Assembly (NCBI GenBank): GCA_964016885.1
Contig: OZ024740.1
Location: 94,550,001-94,614,000, forward strand
Direction: 5' to 3'
Length of the DNA stretch: 64,000 bases
Origin: Eledone cirrhosa
Lineage: Eukaryota
Shown here in pieces: positions 52,717-64,000 of the stretch; the first letter of the stretch is position 1; the number at the start of each line of letters is the position of its first letter. The notes beneath the pieces are model-generated. The model had not been told where the DNA came from. It did not search any database and worked only from the letters and a program-made list of their open reading frames with translations. The position numbers were made by a program, and so were the translations under genes.

Positions 52717-52764
<48 letters not shown>

Positions 52765-54079
52765 TATCGAGAATCGGAATTTCAGCCCACGAAATAACGA
52801 TACACAATCTTCGAAATGCGTTGCAAAGGGCTCAATAGTTTGGATAAACCAGAGCTATAACTATCATTTAAATACCAACTCACGGAGACAATGAATTAAA
52901 AAAAATAATTAACAATTTGTAGGAATTGTGGAATATGATTCCAGAATTAAAAAAAAATATTTAGCTATATTGTGAGATTTACTATTATATATATAATCAA
53001 AGAGATTATACGTAAAATGTTGGTTGTAAGTACACTTTATCTTATTATATTTCAACAGGTTGTAGGTATATAAATATCTATATAGATTAATAATTGTGTA
53101 AGTATAAGTATTATTGGTGATTTTATAGAAATAACCCACACGTATTAATTGTTTACATTTCGAATATGAGTTACGAAGGATGTTGATGATACATTTTACA
53201 TAAATATTTAAGAAAAATACGTAGTTCAAGTTGTAAGAGAAGAACAATTTGTAGATTCATATATTTTGTTCCAACATTGAATATGTTTTCAGAACATTGT
53301 TAATTTAACGAAATTATATAATGTATCATGCAAGTTATATTGTCTATGTTTGCTCAATTGTAAAGGAAAAGATAACTCCAATATTATTTGCCAATCATTA
53401 CATTTGATGACTGATTTACTTAGAAGGTATGTAGAGTAAATTATACATTATTTTGTGTTTAGATAATAAGGTATTCTATATTATATGTTTTTCAAGGTTG
53501 AGAATTTCAATTACATATTATTTACGTCTAAAGATGTGTGCAAAGTTTGAAGATTAAAGAGGGGAAAACATGTCTTATTAGAAAAGTCAAGAGAGCATTT
53601 CGAAGAACTATCGTGAAGAGGATATATTTCAGAATGTCAATTAAAGAGTATCAATCAACATCTAAAAAATAGATTAAGAAGATAGGAAAAGAATATCAAA
53701 TGGAAAAAAATACTAAATTTAAGAAGGAATAACATTTAAAAAAAATTAAACTTTAAAGAAAAACACAGTAAATAATCGGATCATTTTGAAGGTGTATAGT
53801 CAAGTCTAATGAATAACATAGATTAAAAATACTTCGGAAAGTGGATTTTGGCGATGTCTGCAAGAAGAAAACATTATATTTTAAAATTAATAGCATTTTG
53901 ACAGTTAATTGTATGAAACATTTCCTCGATACACAAATGACAGATTCTTCAGAAGGTCATATTTCGGTATGCAGGTGCTTTCGAAATCGTTCACCAAGAC
54001 ATTGAATAGTGTATATTGTTGTCAATTAAATTCCAAATTAGATGTGAATCTGGAATGGAAGATTGTTTATCGGACCTAT

Positions 54080-54480
54080 TAAATGTATTACTTCATTAGT
54101 ACCGTTCCTTAGTTTAAGGTGTGATTTTTCTTTAAGTAGTGGTACAAGGATCTTCTTTGTATTTTCTAGACTCTCTGTTTTATTCTTGAGGCATTTAAGG
54201 TACGCCTGGCCGATAAATTGTTTTCTTTTAAATTTAATGTTTTGTAGTATGATGGATATTATTTCGTTTTCAAATTCGGCTAGAAGTTTGTTGCAAGGTG
54301 GATTTATTTCTTAGATTTGAAAATAAGATCAACGTTGCACTTGTATTTATTCATTTTGTTTTCCGATTTTTTAACCAAAATGGAAACCACGCCATCTAAG
54401 TCTTCTCATGAAGGAGTCAGATTTTTCTATGAGTTGTTTTTGATATTCCTTATTATTTGGTAAGGGTACACCTTTAAAGA
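54080..54480 (-). pseudogene. N-terminal PLE ORF fragment (Naiad-like) with an internal deletion
   Basis: LPNNKEYQKQLIEKSDSFMRRLRWRGFHF…LAEFENEII…KILVP joined to LKEKSHLKLRNGTNEVI, which also occurs on the + strand at 54755-54815. Confidence 0.7.
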
Positions 54481-54544
54481 AGAAGAAATCCTAAAGAATT
54501 TCATTATTATTTTTTTTTGCAATCAGTTATAGTTTAAAGTGCTC

Positions 54545-55355
54545 AACATGAAAGGAGCTATTTATAAGCAAAAGGGAAATTATTTATAAATTAGGTATTG
54601 AAAATTAGACTGAACCCTTTATACCTAGAAAACCGGAGATTAACTTGAAGGACTACAAAAGAAAGTTTGAAGTTGAACTACCAGTAAGACTCATCGCACC
54701 ATCTAAATCTGACTTAGGCTTAATTAGCAAGCATATACTAGATAAAAGTATACCACTACGTAAAGAAAAATCAAACTTTAAACTATGGAATGGTACTAAT
54801 GAAGTAATAGATTGGTTTAAAAACATAAAATTAAAACATAAGTGACAATTCATTCCAATGGATATTGCAAATTACTACTCCTCTATTACCGATAGCTTAC
54901 TTAATAAGGTTTCTAAACATAGATAGCTATCTAGTGAAGAAATGAATACCATTCTAACAGCACGTAAACCCCTAATAGAATTTAATAACCATATCTGGAC
55001 AAGAGCCGACAGACAAAACAATGTTGATATCACTATGGGATCATATGAGTCGGCGCAAGTAAGAAACCTCGTTGGATTATTTATTAATAATGTACTCCAT
55101 AGAAAATTGTTAGAGATGACCGGAGGTTTATATCGCGACAATAGTGAAATTTATAGGAAAACAAAATCAACATTACAGTTTTTCAATTACATACTTATTT
55201 TAGAAATCGAGAATAATTACAAAATCGTTAAATTCTTAGTTGTAACCTTAATCCTTAGTTCAGGTCTTTATTATCCTTTCCATAATTTTAACGAAAATCT
55301 AATTTACGTAAGTTTCAATTCTACTCATCCTAGAAATATAAAAAATACGGTTTTT
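54545..55355 (+). pseudogene. PLE reverse transcriptase remnant (GLYRD type, Naiad-like)
   Basis: VRLIAPSKSDLGLISKHILDK, NEVIDWFKNI, MDIANYYSSI, DITMGSYESAQV, GGLYRD, KFLVVTL, YVSFNSTHP. Confidence 0.85.
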
Positions 55356-55737
55356 GGCGGGTAAATTCCGAGTGTTAACAAAGGAAAAAATATTTCGGTT
55401 CAACATTTCGAATAAAAGCTCTCAACCAGACGTTATTAAACAAACGCAAATAATTAACCAATCAACAGGATTATCTAATTAAATTAATTAATTAATTATT
55501 GAGTCTAGGATGAAATAATACAAGTGGAAGCTTAGTAAAATCGAAGCTTTGGCTGTGGCCAAGCAAAGTCGACCTACAATAAGGAATGAGTAGCAAAGCA
55601 CTCAATCAGGTTAGGTCCTTAGAGTAATAACATACGTTTAAATAGATTAAAAAATTGAAAATTGCGATAGTCAAAACCCAATCATACAATACTAAAACAA
55701 CAAAATAACTATTCAGGTTAAAACAGACATGGACAGG

Positions 55738-56030
55738 GTATGAGTTATGTTAGTGTAGAGTTTTACTACGTCAAATGAGACTAGAATAGTGTTTTCACTT
55801 ACTGTTTTGGGTAGGTTGTTAAGCATATCCAAGTCATCTTGTATGTAGCTCTGTATATGTTTTAGTAAGGGCTTAAGTATGATGTCCATGAAGTTGCTAA
55901 GTCTTTGGGTTTCACATGCAGGGCCTGCTATTATTGGTCTGAGTGTTAATTCTTCTGGTGGTTTTAATTGTATGTATCTGTTAGTTGCTTATGAGTTTAC
56001 ATTTATGTATATTCGGTAAGCGGTAGAAAG
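55738..56030 (-). pseudogene. PLE reverse transcriptase fragment (Neptune-like)
   Basis: Manual translation FYRLPNIHK…LTLRPIIAGPACETQRLSNFMDIILKPLLKHIQSYIQDDLD…LVSFDVVKLYTNI. Confidence 0.85.
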
Positions 56031-56193
56031 CACTCGTACATAGATATTCCACATTAAATCCAGAAACTAACTCAGATTCACCCTCCGCAAAATCGAAGGG
56101 CACACGATCAGTTTCAGCAACAGTTTGTGTGTACTGTTGCACATACAAACATGTGTGTACTGTTGTATATAACCCCTCACACTCTCTCTATCC

Positions 56194-56318
<125 letters not shown>

Positions 56319-56827
56319 TGTGTATATATGTACACATACCATCCTACTACTACCACTACATAATCCAGCTCTAAATTACAATACCCTATCCCCTTTTCAA
56401 CTTTTGATCACTTAATTAACAATACACACACAGGTAATTTTTTTCAAAACAACTTCCTCCTTTGCAGAAAAACAAGTAAATTCTCATTCCACAGAACCTT
56501 TCAGCGAGGAGCATGGAAGGATATTTATTCAAACATTTGATTTTGATTTTAATTTTAAACATTTCATTTTTAACTCCTATCAACACTTTTAAATTTTTTA
56601 CACTCAGCATTTGACAAGATGGATTTTAATAACACATCGAATCCGGTAATTTCTTCATATACTTTATATACATAATAAAAAATATTTTTTTAAAAAGAAT
56701 TTTCCCTCTCATTTTTTAATAATATTATCTGTTCCATAATGTTACTTAGACGATCCAAAAAAGAAAAACAGACCCTTAAATATATCTCCCGTGCTATTCC
56801 CTACTCCATATTTTCTCTGTCTCAATA

Positions 56828-56928
<101 letters not shown>

Positions 56929-57010
56929 GCTTGTATTTGTGTGTGTATGAGTCTGAACGAGCTTGTATGCGTTTGTGGGTAGAACAATAAATTAAGCCCA
57001 AACCACGCAG

Positions 57011-57047
<37 letters not shown>

Positions 57048-57177
57048 GGAAAGTTATATTTAAATTGTTGGGTTACAACTGGTAAATATTTATAACTGAT
57101 ATAAAAGCACTCGACAAGTTTTGGAGTATATTTACAATATTAAAGAAATGGAAACTATATTTATAAAACCATATTTA

Positions 57178-57239
57178 TTTCATTATATATATTTCAGGGA
57201 TATCATATTAACAATATGCTATGCCTTCCTCAGACAAAA
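57178..57239 (-). ncRNA. Minimal type I hammerhead in the PLE terminal repeat
   Basis: UUUUGU-CUGAGGA-[AGGCAUAGCAUAUU GUU AAUAUGAUAUCCCU]-GAAA-UAUAUA-UA-AUGAAA; weak stem I with G-U pairs. Confidence 0.75.
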
Positions 57240-59610
57240 TACAATATAAACAGTTTTATAGATAAATAGATTTGACATACCGTAACAACATCGACTTGTA
57301 TTTGAAAAGTTGATTTGGCAGTGAAAAAATTGTACACAGCGAGAAAGAAAGAGAGAAAAAAGGAAAGAAAGACAGAAAACGAAGAAAAAGAAGAAAAAAG
57401 AAGAAATGCATGGAACAAAATAGAGAGATGGAAAGATAGATAAAGTGAAGAACTTCATGTAAAGAAACAGAGAGAGAAATATATATATATAGAGAGAGAG
57501 AGGAAATAGAGATAGATACATATATATAGAAAACTAGGTTGTGGGACGTCAGTTGAGTAAACGTATCAATGATACATTTATTTATTTATTTATTTATTTA
57601 GCTCTAGTATTAATGTAAGGGAGATATATGGGGTTAGGATAGAAACCAGCTGTTATATAGAGAGAAAAATTAAAAATAACCAGACATAGGCGAGGCATAA
57701 AAAACCCTATGTTTTAATGTAGAGGTATTCGTATGTATAAAAACCAGCCTCTATATTGTAAATATCAGTATTCCTGAATGAGACATATATCCATAATGTG
57801 TGAAAATGATCTTATGTTTATTTTTTTTTTAAATTCATATGTTTACGTGATAACTACAAACATCTATGTGAATTTATATGATCAACTCTGCAAATCCTAA
57901 GTTCACGGAAAACATTCTCATCGTGCTATAATAATTTAAGTATACATATATGTGTATATATATACACACAAATATATATAGAGTCAATATTGCTACTATT
58001 CCTGTCTTTACTCTACAAGATTATCTATCAAGCAGACATAGAGAGCAGATTTCAATATACTAATAAAAATATATATCAGAAACAAAAAATAACAATAATA
58101 ATAATAATAAGTAATAATAAGATAGAAAACTAAAAAATATTACGAAAGAGTATTACATATTAAAAATATTACATATTAAAAATATTAAAAATAAAAATAT
58201 TAGAAAATACTACAATAATAAAAAATAAACCACAAAGATCAACCCTTCAAAATTAATTGACAATATATTGCCAAGTTCATTATAAGCATCAGAGTCGAAA
58301 AACAGATAAAGCCAAACATTATTTATCAAATCGCATCTAGCAAAAATCATTTCAAAAAGTTTAGGATGCCCATTTGGTCTACATGTGTTCTTATATTTAA
58401 TATAGAAGTTTATCTAGTGTAACGTTTATTCGAAATATTTGGAGCATCAACTTTTAGGGTAGCTTAATTATTCATGAAGAATGTTTAAATAAAAATAAAA
58501 ATAAAAATAAAAAGAATAAAAAGAAGAAATCAAAGATTTGTCGGTTAGTTTCCCATATAATTATAAATCAAACTAAATATACTACATTTTAAATTTAAAT
58601 TTATATTTAAACGTTGAGTTTAATCTATGTTTGCAGCAACTGAATAAATTTGTCCGTAGATTAAGGGAATTTTTAGATTTTAGTATAAAGAATATCTCCT
58701 CTGCGCAGAGGTCACATGTCTCAGAGGATGAATTAAAAGGAATCCCTCTTGAGACTATATTCCAAGCCGTCGAATATCTAACGTTATCTAGCTTAAGTTG
58801 CCAGAGTACGCCTGATAGTGCCGTTGAAGATTTCTTGCTTGGATCTGTGAAAGAATTCTAGCGAAGTTTAAATTCCGTCGATGTGGAACCGACGTAGTTA
58901 AAAGAATTAGAGTCAGTTTTAACATTACAATTGTATACTATATTTTTAACTAAGCAGTTGTTTTAACGGACATTTAGATCTATCTCTACAGTTACATTTT
59001 TTAACTTGTATATTATTTATGCTATTATCACTAGGTTTTAAGTTCCTATTATTTATTCTATTAATATTTTGTGCTAAATTTTTGGTGGATGAGTAGGTTA
59101 ATTTAATTGTATGTCTATTGAAAATTGAGTGATAACTATGTGTTCTAGGGAAGCGATTATCAAGAGCTCTAAAAAATAGTTTAGCGATGTGGGTTTTAAT
59201 GTTTAGTGAGAAAGTGGGGGCAAACCAAATTATGTTCCTAGTTCTATTTCTTTTTTGGCCTTTGGAATTACTGTAATGCTTTCTATTATAGTTGTTAAGG
59301 TTGCTGCCGTAATTAAAATAGTTGTTATTTTGTTTAGTTTGTCTATCATTATCTATGTACATAATCTTATCAGCATATCCTGCTCTAGCTAATGCTTCAT
59401 TGTAGTATTGGGCTTTTTCGTCGAAAATCTTTCTATTCGACGAGATCCTAGAGATACGTTTTTGAACAGAGTCTTTGTCTTTCTTTCCTTTTTTCTCTCT
59501 TTCTTTCTCTCTGTGTACAATTTTTTCACTGCCAAATCAACTTTTCAAATACAGGTCGATGTTGTGACGGTATGTCAAATCTATTTATCTATAAAACTGT
59601 TTATATTGTA

Positions 59611-59672
59611 TTTTGTCTGAGGAAGGCATAGCATATTGTTAATATGATATCCCTGAAATATATATAATGAAA
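59611..59672 (+). ncRNA. Identical hammerhead in the inverted terminal repeat
   Basis: Reverse complement of 57178-57239. Confidence 0.75.
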
Positions 59673-59935
59673 TAAATATGGTTTTATAAATATAGTTTCC
59701 ATTTATTTAATATTGTATATATATATATATATATATATATAGCGGCGATGAATTAGTTAAGCGAGGTTTTTTATATGAAATCGTGTGTCGAAACAAATAT
59801 TGTTATACTTGGGGAGGGTCATATTTTTGTAATATTGCTAGAATTAATAACAGAACACACTCACTGTTTGGTTGGTTTTCTCTTCTCGCTGTCTTTTATA
59901 TCTGCGATCTAACTTAATCGGTCCTCAATGGTGCC

Positions 59936-60056
<121 letters not shown>

Positions 60057-60059
60057 CCT

Positions 60060-60372
60060 CGTTTCTGAATTTGTTTAGCAAGATTCTTTATCTGAAAACG
60101 TGTGTTGAAATCGAAATTGTTATACTTTGGGAGGGTCATGTTGCAAATCAGAAACATACGCACCAGTGCGTCACTTCAATTTATTATAATAAATTTATAA
60201 ATTTAGGAATTTATAAATTTCCGGTCGGTTGGTTGGTTCCACAACCAGATTATTGTTTATATATTGTCAAAGTTCTTTTGTCACAAAATATGTGACCTCT
60301 TCAGTGACTGGGGATTATTTTATTTGTTGTTGTGCCTTTCCTTTCTTCTATCCTACGCCATCTTGTTTTTTC
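60060..60372 (-). mobile_element. Solo PLE terminal repeat (family of 50.9-52.7 kb) with a mutated hammerhead at 60266-60308
   Basis: Matches 52410-52719; GUCA-CUGAAGA-GGUCACA UAUUU UGUGAC-AAAA-GAAC-UU-UGAC. Confidence 0.75.
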
Positions 60373-60434
60373 AAAAACAAGATATACCATAATTTTGATT
60401 TAGATTAAATTAATTTTGATTTATCTTAATTTTG

Positions 60435-60469
<35 letters not shown>

Positions 60470-61035
60470 CTACATAAACGGAGAAAGGTATTAGTGATAC
60501 TTTGACCAATTTCCAACCCACTCAAGAAACATTAGGAAATAGCGGAGTATATTCCCAAATAAACGTTTGGAGTGCCAACTATATTGCATTGTGTTTATAA
60601 TTGGCTGTAATATTTTATATGAGATATATTACAGATCTCATTCCCCAAACGAATCGTTTCATTGTAACATTTCTACATGGTGGATGAAATTATACCAAGT
60701 TATGTAGAAATTTGTGTAAGATCAATGGATTCTTATGCAAGTGGGTTCTTACAAATCTTCAGTCGGTGCACAATAATATTAATAACAAAATCAACATCAA
60801 TATTTAGTGATAATCACCATCACTGCAAGAAGGAGCTGTTAGGTTGTAAGTCCAGCAGTTCGAAATAAAATCTCACACTGTCCCCAAAATTGTAGGAGGA
60901 GGCATCCGTGAAAAATAATACACAGGCAGGTCATTGACTCTGTCAAGAATTCAAGCCTCGTGCGAAAAACTCAATTGGATATAAGAAAATAAATATGTGT
61001 GTACTGTTTAAGGACACATAGAGATATTTTCTCAC

Positions 61036-61087
<52 letters not shown>

Positions 61088-61909
61088 CCACCTCTACATT
61101 AATTTCCAAACCGATACACATGTATATATTTAATGAGAAAATGTGACGAAGTTGCAGATGTTAAAGTCCTTTTTTGGTAATGCTGTGATATATATTTCAA
61201 TGACAGTGGCCACACTATTCCGTGTACCCAGTACCGTGACATCATCAGACGGCTTCTGATATAATAAGGTTACGATTTCAAGAATGGACAAGAGAACGGA
61301 CATGGTGTGTGCTCTTGAATCCCTGCCCGTTTTCTAGTGTTCAATAATACAGCTCCGCAATTCTGCGCAGGCGCCAGCTTATGCTGACTATAAACTACAG
61401 CACACCGACCAAATATCTAGCCTAGGCATAACCCACCCCCTCCAACCAAACGACCACCCCGTACAGGTTTGTAATACGACACTGGTAATGTATACTGCGA
61501 GTGGCAGCTAACCGAAATCTAGTAATGGCGGCAGAGTATGAGTTTCAATAGGCCTTAATACTACCCCTAATCTATGAGAATATAAACTTATTTCTAGATA
61601 TTATGGTTTCACAGTGGAAATTTAAAATTAAATGTTAAACATTTGATTGTAGTAAATAAAAAACAATATATATATAAAGAGTAAATAGGGAGATGTTTAA
61701 ATTAACGTAAGACGTTTAGAAAAGGGGTCAGTATTGGATACTTCAGATATATTACCAATATATTGAACGATAGTACCCTACAGTAGAACAGAAGATTAAT
61801 TAAGTTTGAAAGGTACAAATTAGATAACAAATTATTTAATATATTCTTCTACCACATGAATGAAAACAAAACCAAAAGAAAAGGTACATAGATGCAAAAT
61901 GAGATAGAG

Positions 61910-62658
61910 AAAAGGTACCGGTGCACGTTCACCGTCAACAAATCAGAGACCCCCAAATGTCCGTCAGATACCCCTAAGTAACCATCTAGCAACATGTGGT
62001 CAGGGAATATTTATAATATTCCCATTCTACAAATTACACCGCCCAAGTGAAATCAAGAGAAAAATCAAAGAAAATAATGTTATTGATAAATTCAAACCCA
62101 AGCTAAATGAAGAATAATAACGCTTAGGGGTATTACTTCTACTATCACTATGACTACGACCACTAACAACAACAACAACAACAACAACAACAATAATAAT
62201 AATAATAAAAGTGATGTTGATGGTGATGTTTAATAGAAAATGCTATTTTCATCATTTCTAAAAATAGCAAAACAATTGATGCTTTGGATATGATTAATTA
62301 TTGGTCGTTAGACATGCTCAACCAGCCGTGTCCCTTAAACCATCAGCTTTAGTAATTCAGTGAAACTACACACTGATTGGTCGAAATACAGTTTGCAAGT
62401 CTTAGGATTCTTGAGCCACTTTTCCCTGTATAAAATGTATAAAAGGTAGAAAATTTACCCATCTTATTACAGTTGAAAATTGCAAACTTGACTGTCACCA
62501 CATATTATGAACCTGAAGATTGCGAAAGCATGAAAGTACTTGTTCAATTAACACTTAGAATTTAATATTCTATCATACTATTTCATTATAATACCATTAT
62601 AAATTTTAAAGGATTTTAAATAAAACGAGTAAATCAGACAAAGTTGGAATTCCTCTTA

Positions 62659-62661
<3 letters not shown>
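61910..62661 (+). mobile_element. PLE 3' end (GIY-YIG C-terminus, Neptune-like) with terminal repeat, ending at (TA)n
   Basis: VHRQQIRDP…RQIPLSNHLATCG…IFPFYKL…KIKENNVIDKFKPKLNEE*; the last 190 bp or so match the arms at 25.8-26.2 kb. Confidence 0.8.
62508..62546 (+). ncRNA. Minimal type I hammerhead
   Basis: UGAAC-CUGAAGA-UUGC GAAA GCAU-GAAA-GUAC-UU-GUUCA; U.U at the base of stem II. Confidence 0.78.
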
Positions 62662-62729
<68 letters not shown>

Positions 62730-62861
62730 TCTGCGTGGTTTGGGCTGCCCTTTCTAGGCGCTCATACCACAGAGACCACTGGTTAAAGCCCTAGGCCTGC
62801 TGTGAAGTATCTATCCCACGTGTGGGTCAACAGTCGCTTTAGATTCTCTTAGTGTTGTCTT

Positions 62862-62942
62862 ACACACGCTGATGAACCATAGGCTAATCATTTCTGTCAA
62901 CAACTTATTTGGCGAAACATATTTTTGGATTTGTACGTGTGT
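62862..62942 (+). ncRNA. Type I hammerhead with extended, non-palindromic stem III
   Basis: ACACACG-CUGAUGA-ACCA…UGGC-GAAA-CAUAU UUUUGG AUUUG-UA-CGUGUGU; 7-bp stem I, GUA triplet, imperfect stem II. Confidence 0.8.
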
Positions 62943-63202
62943 GGTAGATAGTTATCGAGGTATGTATTTACATTTTAATTCATACTTTTAATTATTGTGT
63001 GTCTACTCTGCCTTCCATGGGCTATATATTCCATACACTGGTGGTTTTTCCCTGTTTGACTGATGGCGCACTATCTCTCTCTCTCTAGTGTGTTATCTTT
63101 TCAACATATTGTATTATAAAGAGCTCGGAATACCTTCTCCTTTGAGCACATTACTGACTGGGAATAGCGAGACTCTATGGGTCCGTTAATTTATCGTGAT
63201 AT

Positions 63203-63409
<207 letters not shown>

Positions 63410-63847
63410 GAGCGAGAGAACGATCGTAAACCAACTTTTTGTGATAGGGCTGACACCGTTGTTAGAAAAGAATGATTGTAGCGAGATTCGGCAGTAGTTT
63501 TAGTGTATGGGATCACCGCCTAATCTACGTACAACTGATTTTATCGTTCTACACACAACCACATACAAGCTCATTCTTATTTTATTTTGTCTTCTTTGCG
63601 CATATATACATACACAAGCACAATAACAGCAAACACATAAACACACACTAGTAAAGATAGAATACATTAACCGATACACAGTCACCCAATCACGAACACA
63701 CATCAAACAAAACACTATACACACACGCAAACGCATGCGCAAAGAAGACAAAATAAAATAAACAAACAAACAAATAAATAAATAAATATATAAACATACT
63801 AAATAAAGATGGCGTAGACATTCAATGTAATGGGAGGAAACAATAGC

Positions 63848-63889
63848 ACAACTGACGATGTTGCAGATGTGCAACGAAAGAACTTTGAT
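63848..63889 (+). ncRNA. Hammerhead-like motif in a PLE terminal repeat related to the 52.4 kb family
   Basis: CUGACGA-UGUUGCA GAUG UGCAAC-GAAA-GAAC-UU-UGA; stem I is poorly paired; upstream aagatggcgtaga is shared with 52416-52428. Confidence 0.55.
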
Positions 63890-64000
63890 AAACTATATAT
63901 ATGTGTTTGTGTCTATATTGTATCTGTATTATTTTTGACCGTTGGTCAGTCAAAGGCAACATTGAGGACCGAATAAATTAGATTACCGATATAAAAGACA

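Larger units (their letters stand above)
50913..52719. mobile_element. 1.8-kb palindrome made of two head-to-head PLE 3' ends (GIY-YIG, Neptune-like), each with a hammerhead
   Basis: The right arm translates NVVYSIRCTEGQC…VYIGETARSIGERMNEHW…RQITEAININELQP*LN; the left arm is its diverged reverse complement; centre at 51785-51796; (TA)n on both sides. Confidence 0.9.
57050..59715 (-). mobile_element. 5'-truncated PLE (Naiad-like) with a 3' terminal repeat and an inverted upstream copy, between (TA)n tracts
   Basis: Coding remnant 58608-59470 (YYNEALARAGY, RNIIWFAPTFS, CNCRDRSKCPL, NIVYNC…YVGSTS, CDLC). About 57135-57375 is the reverse complement of about 59475-59715. Confidence 0.88.

Noticed and set aside
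60677-60868. 63-aa ORF as a host gene
   Set aside because: No recognisable motif or convincing splice context.
63055-63105. Second hammerhead-like start (CUGAUGG plus hairpin)
   Set aside because: The core is mutated and there is no GAAA after the hairpin.

Overview
AT-rich eukaryotic DNA with no prokaryotic features and no confidently identifiable host gene. The SINE types and repeat landscape suggest an octopus-like mollusc (inference). Two layers of retroelements dominate. (1) At 1-20.0 kb and 31.2-38.4 kb, decayed non-LTR retrotransposons are joined end to end through (ATT)n microsatellites. Tx1-like APE/RT LINEs lie on the + strand and R4/Dong-like RT/restriction-like-endonuclease elements on the - strand. 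(2) At 22-27 kb and 49.9-64 kb, Penelope-like element (PLE) fragments and short units sit between (TA)n tracts, usually as fold-back inverted repeats. They carry about 15 type I hammerhead ribozyme motifs from about 6 sequence families, including a 465-bp hammerhead tandem array. There are also SINE fragments, a Helitron-type 3' end and a DNA-transposase remnant. The most interesting signals are the hammerhead/(TA)n fold-back system, the two-clade opposite-strand (ATT)n retroelement chain, and splice signals in the Tx1 elements that bracket ORF2 like an intron. All structures were read by eye; no folding, alignment or database search was run.
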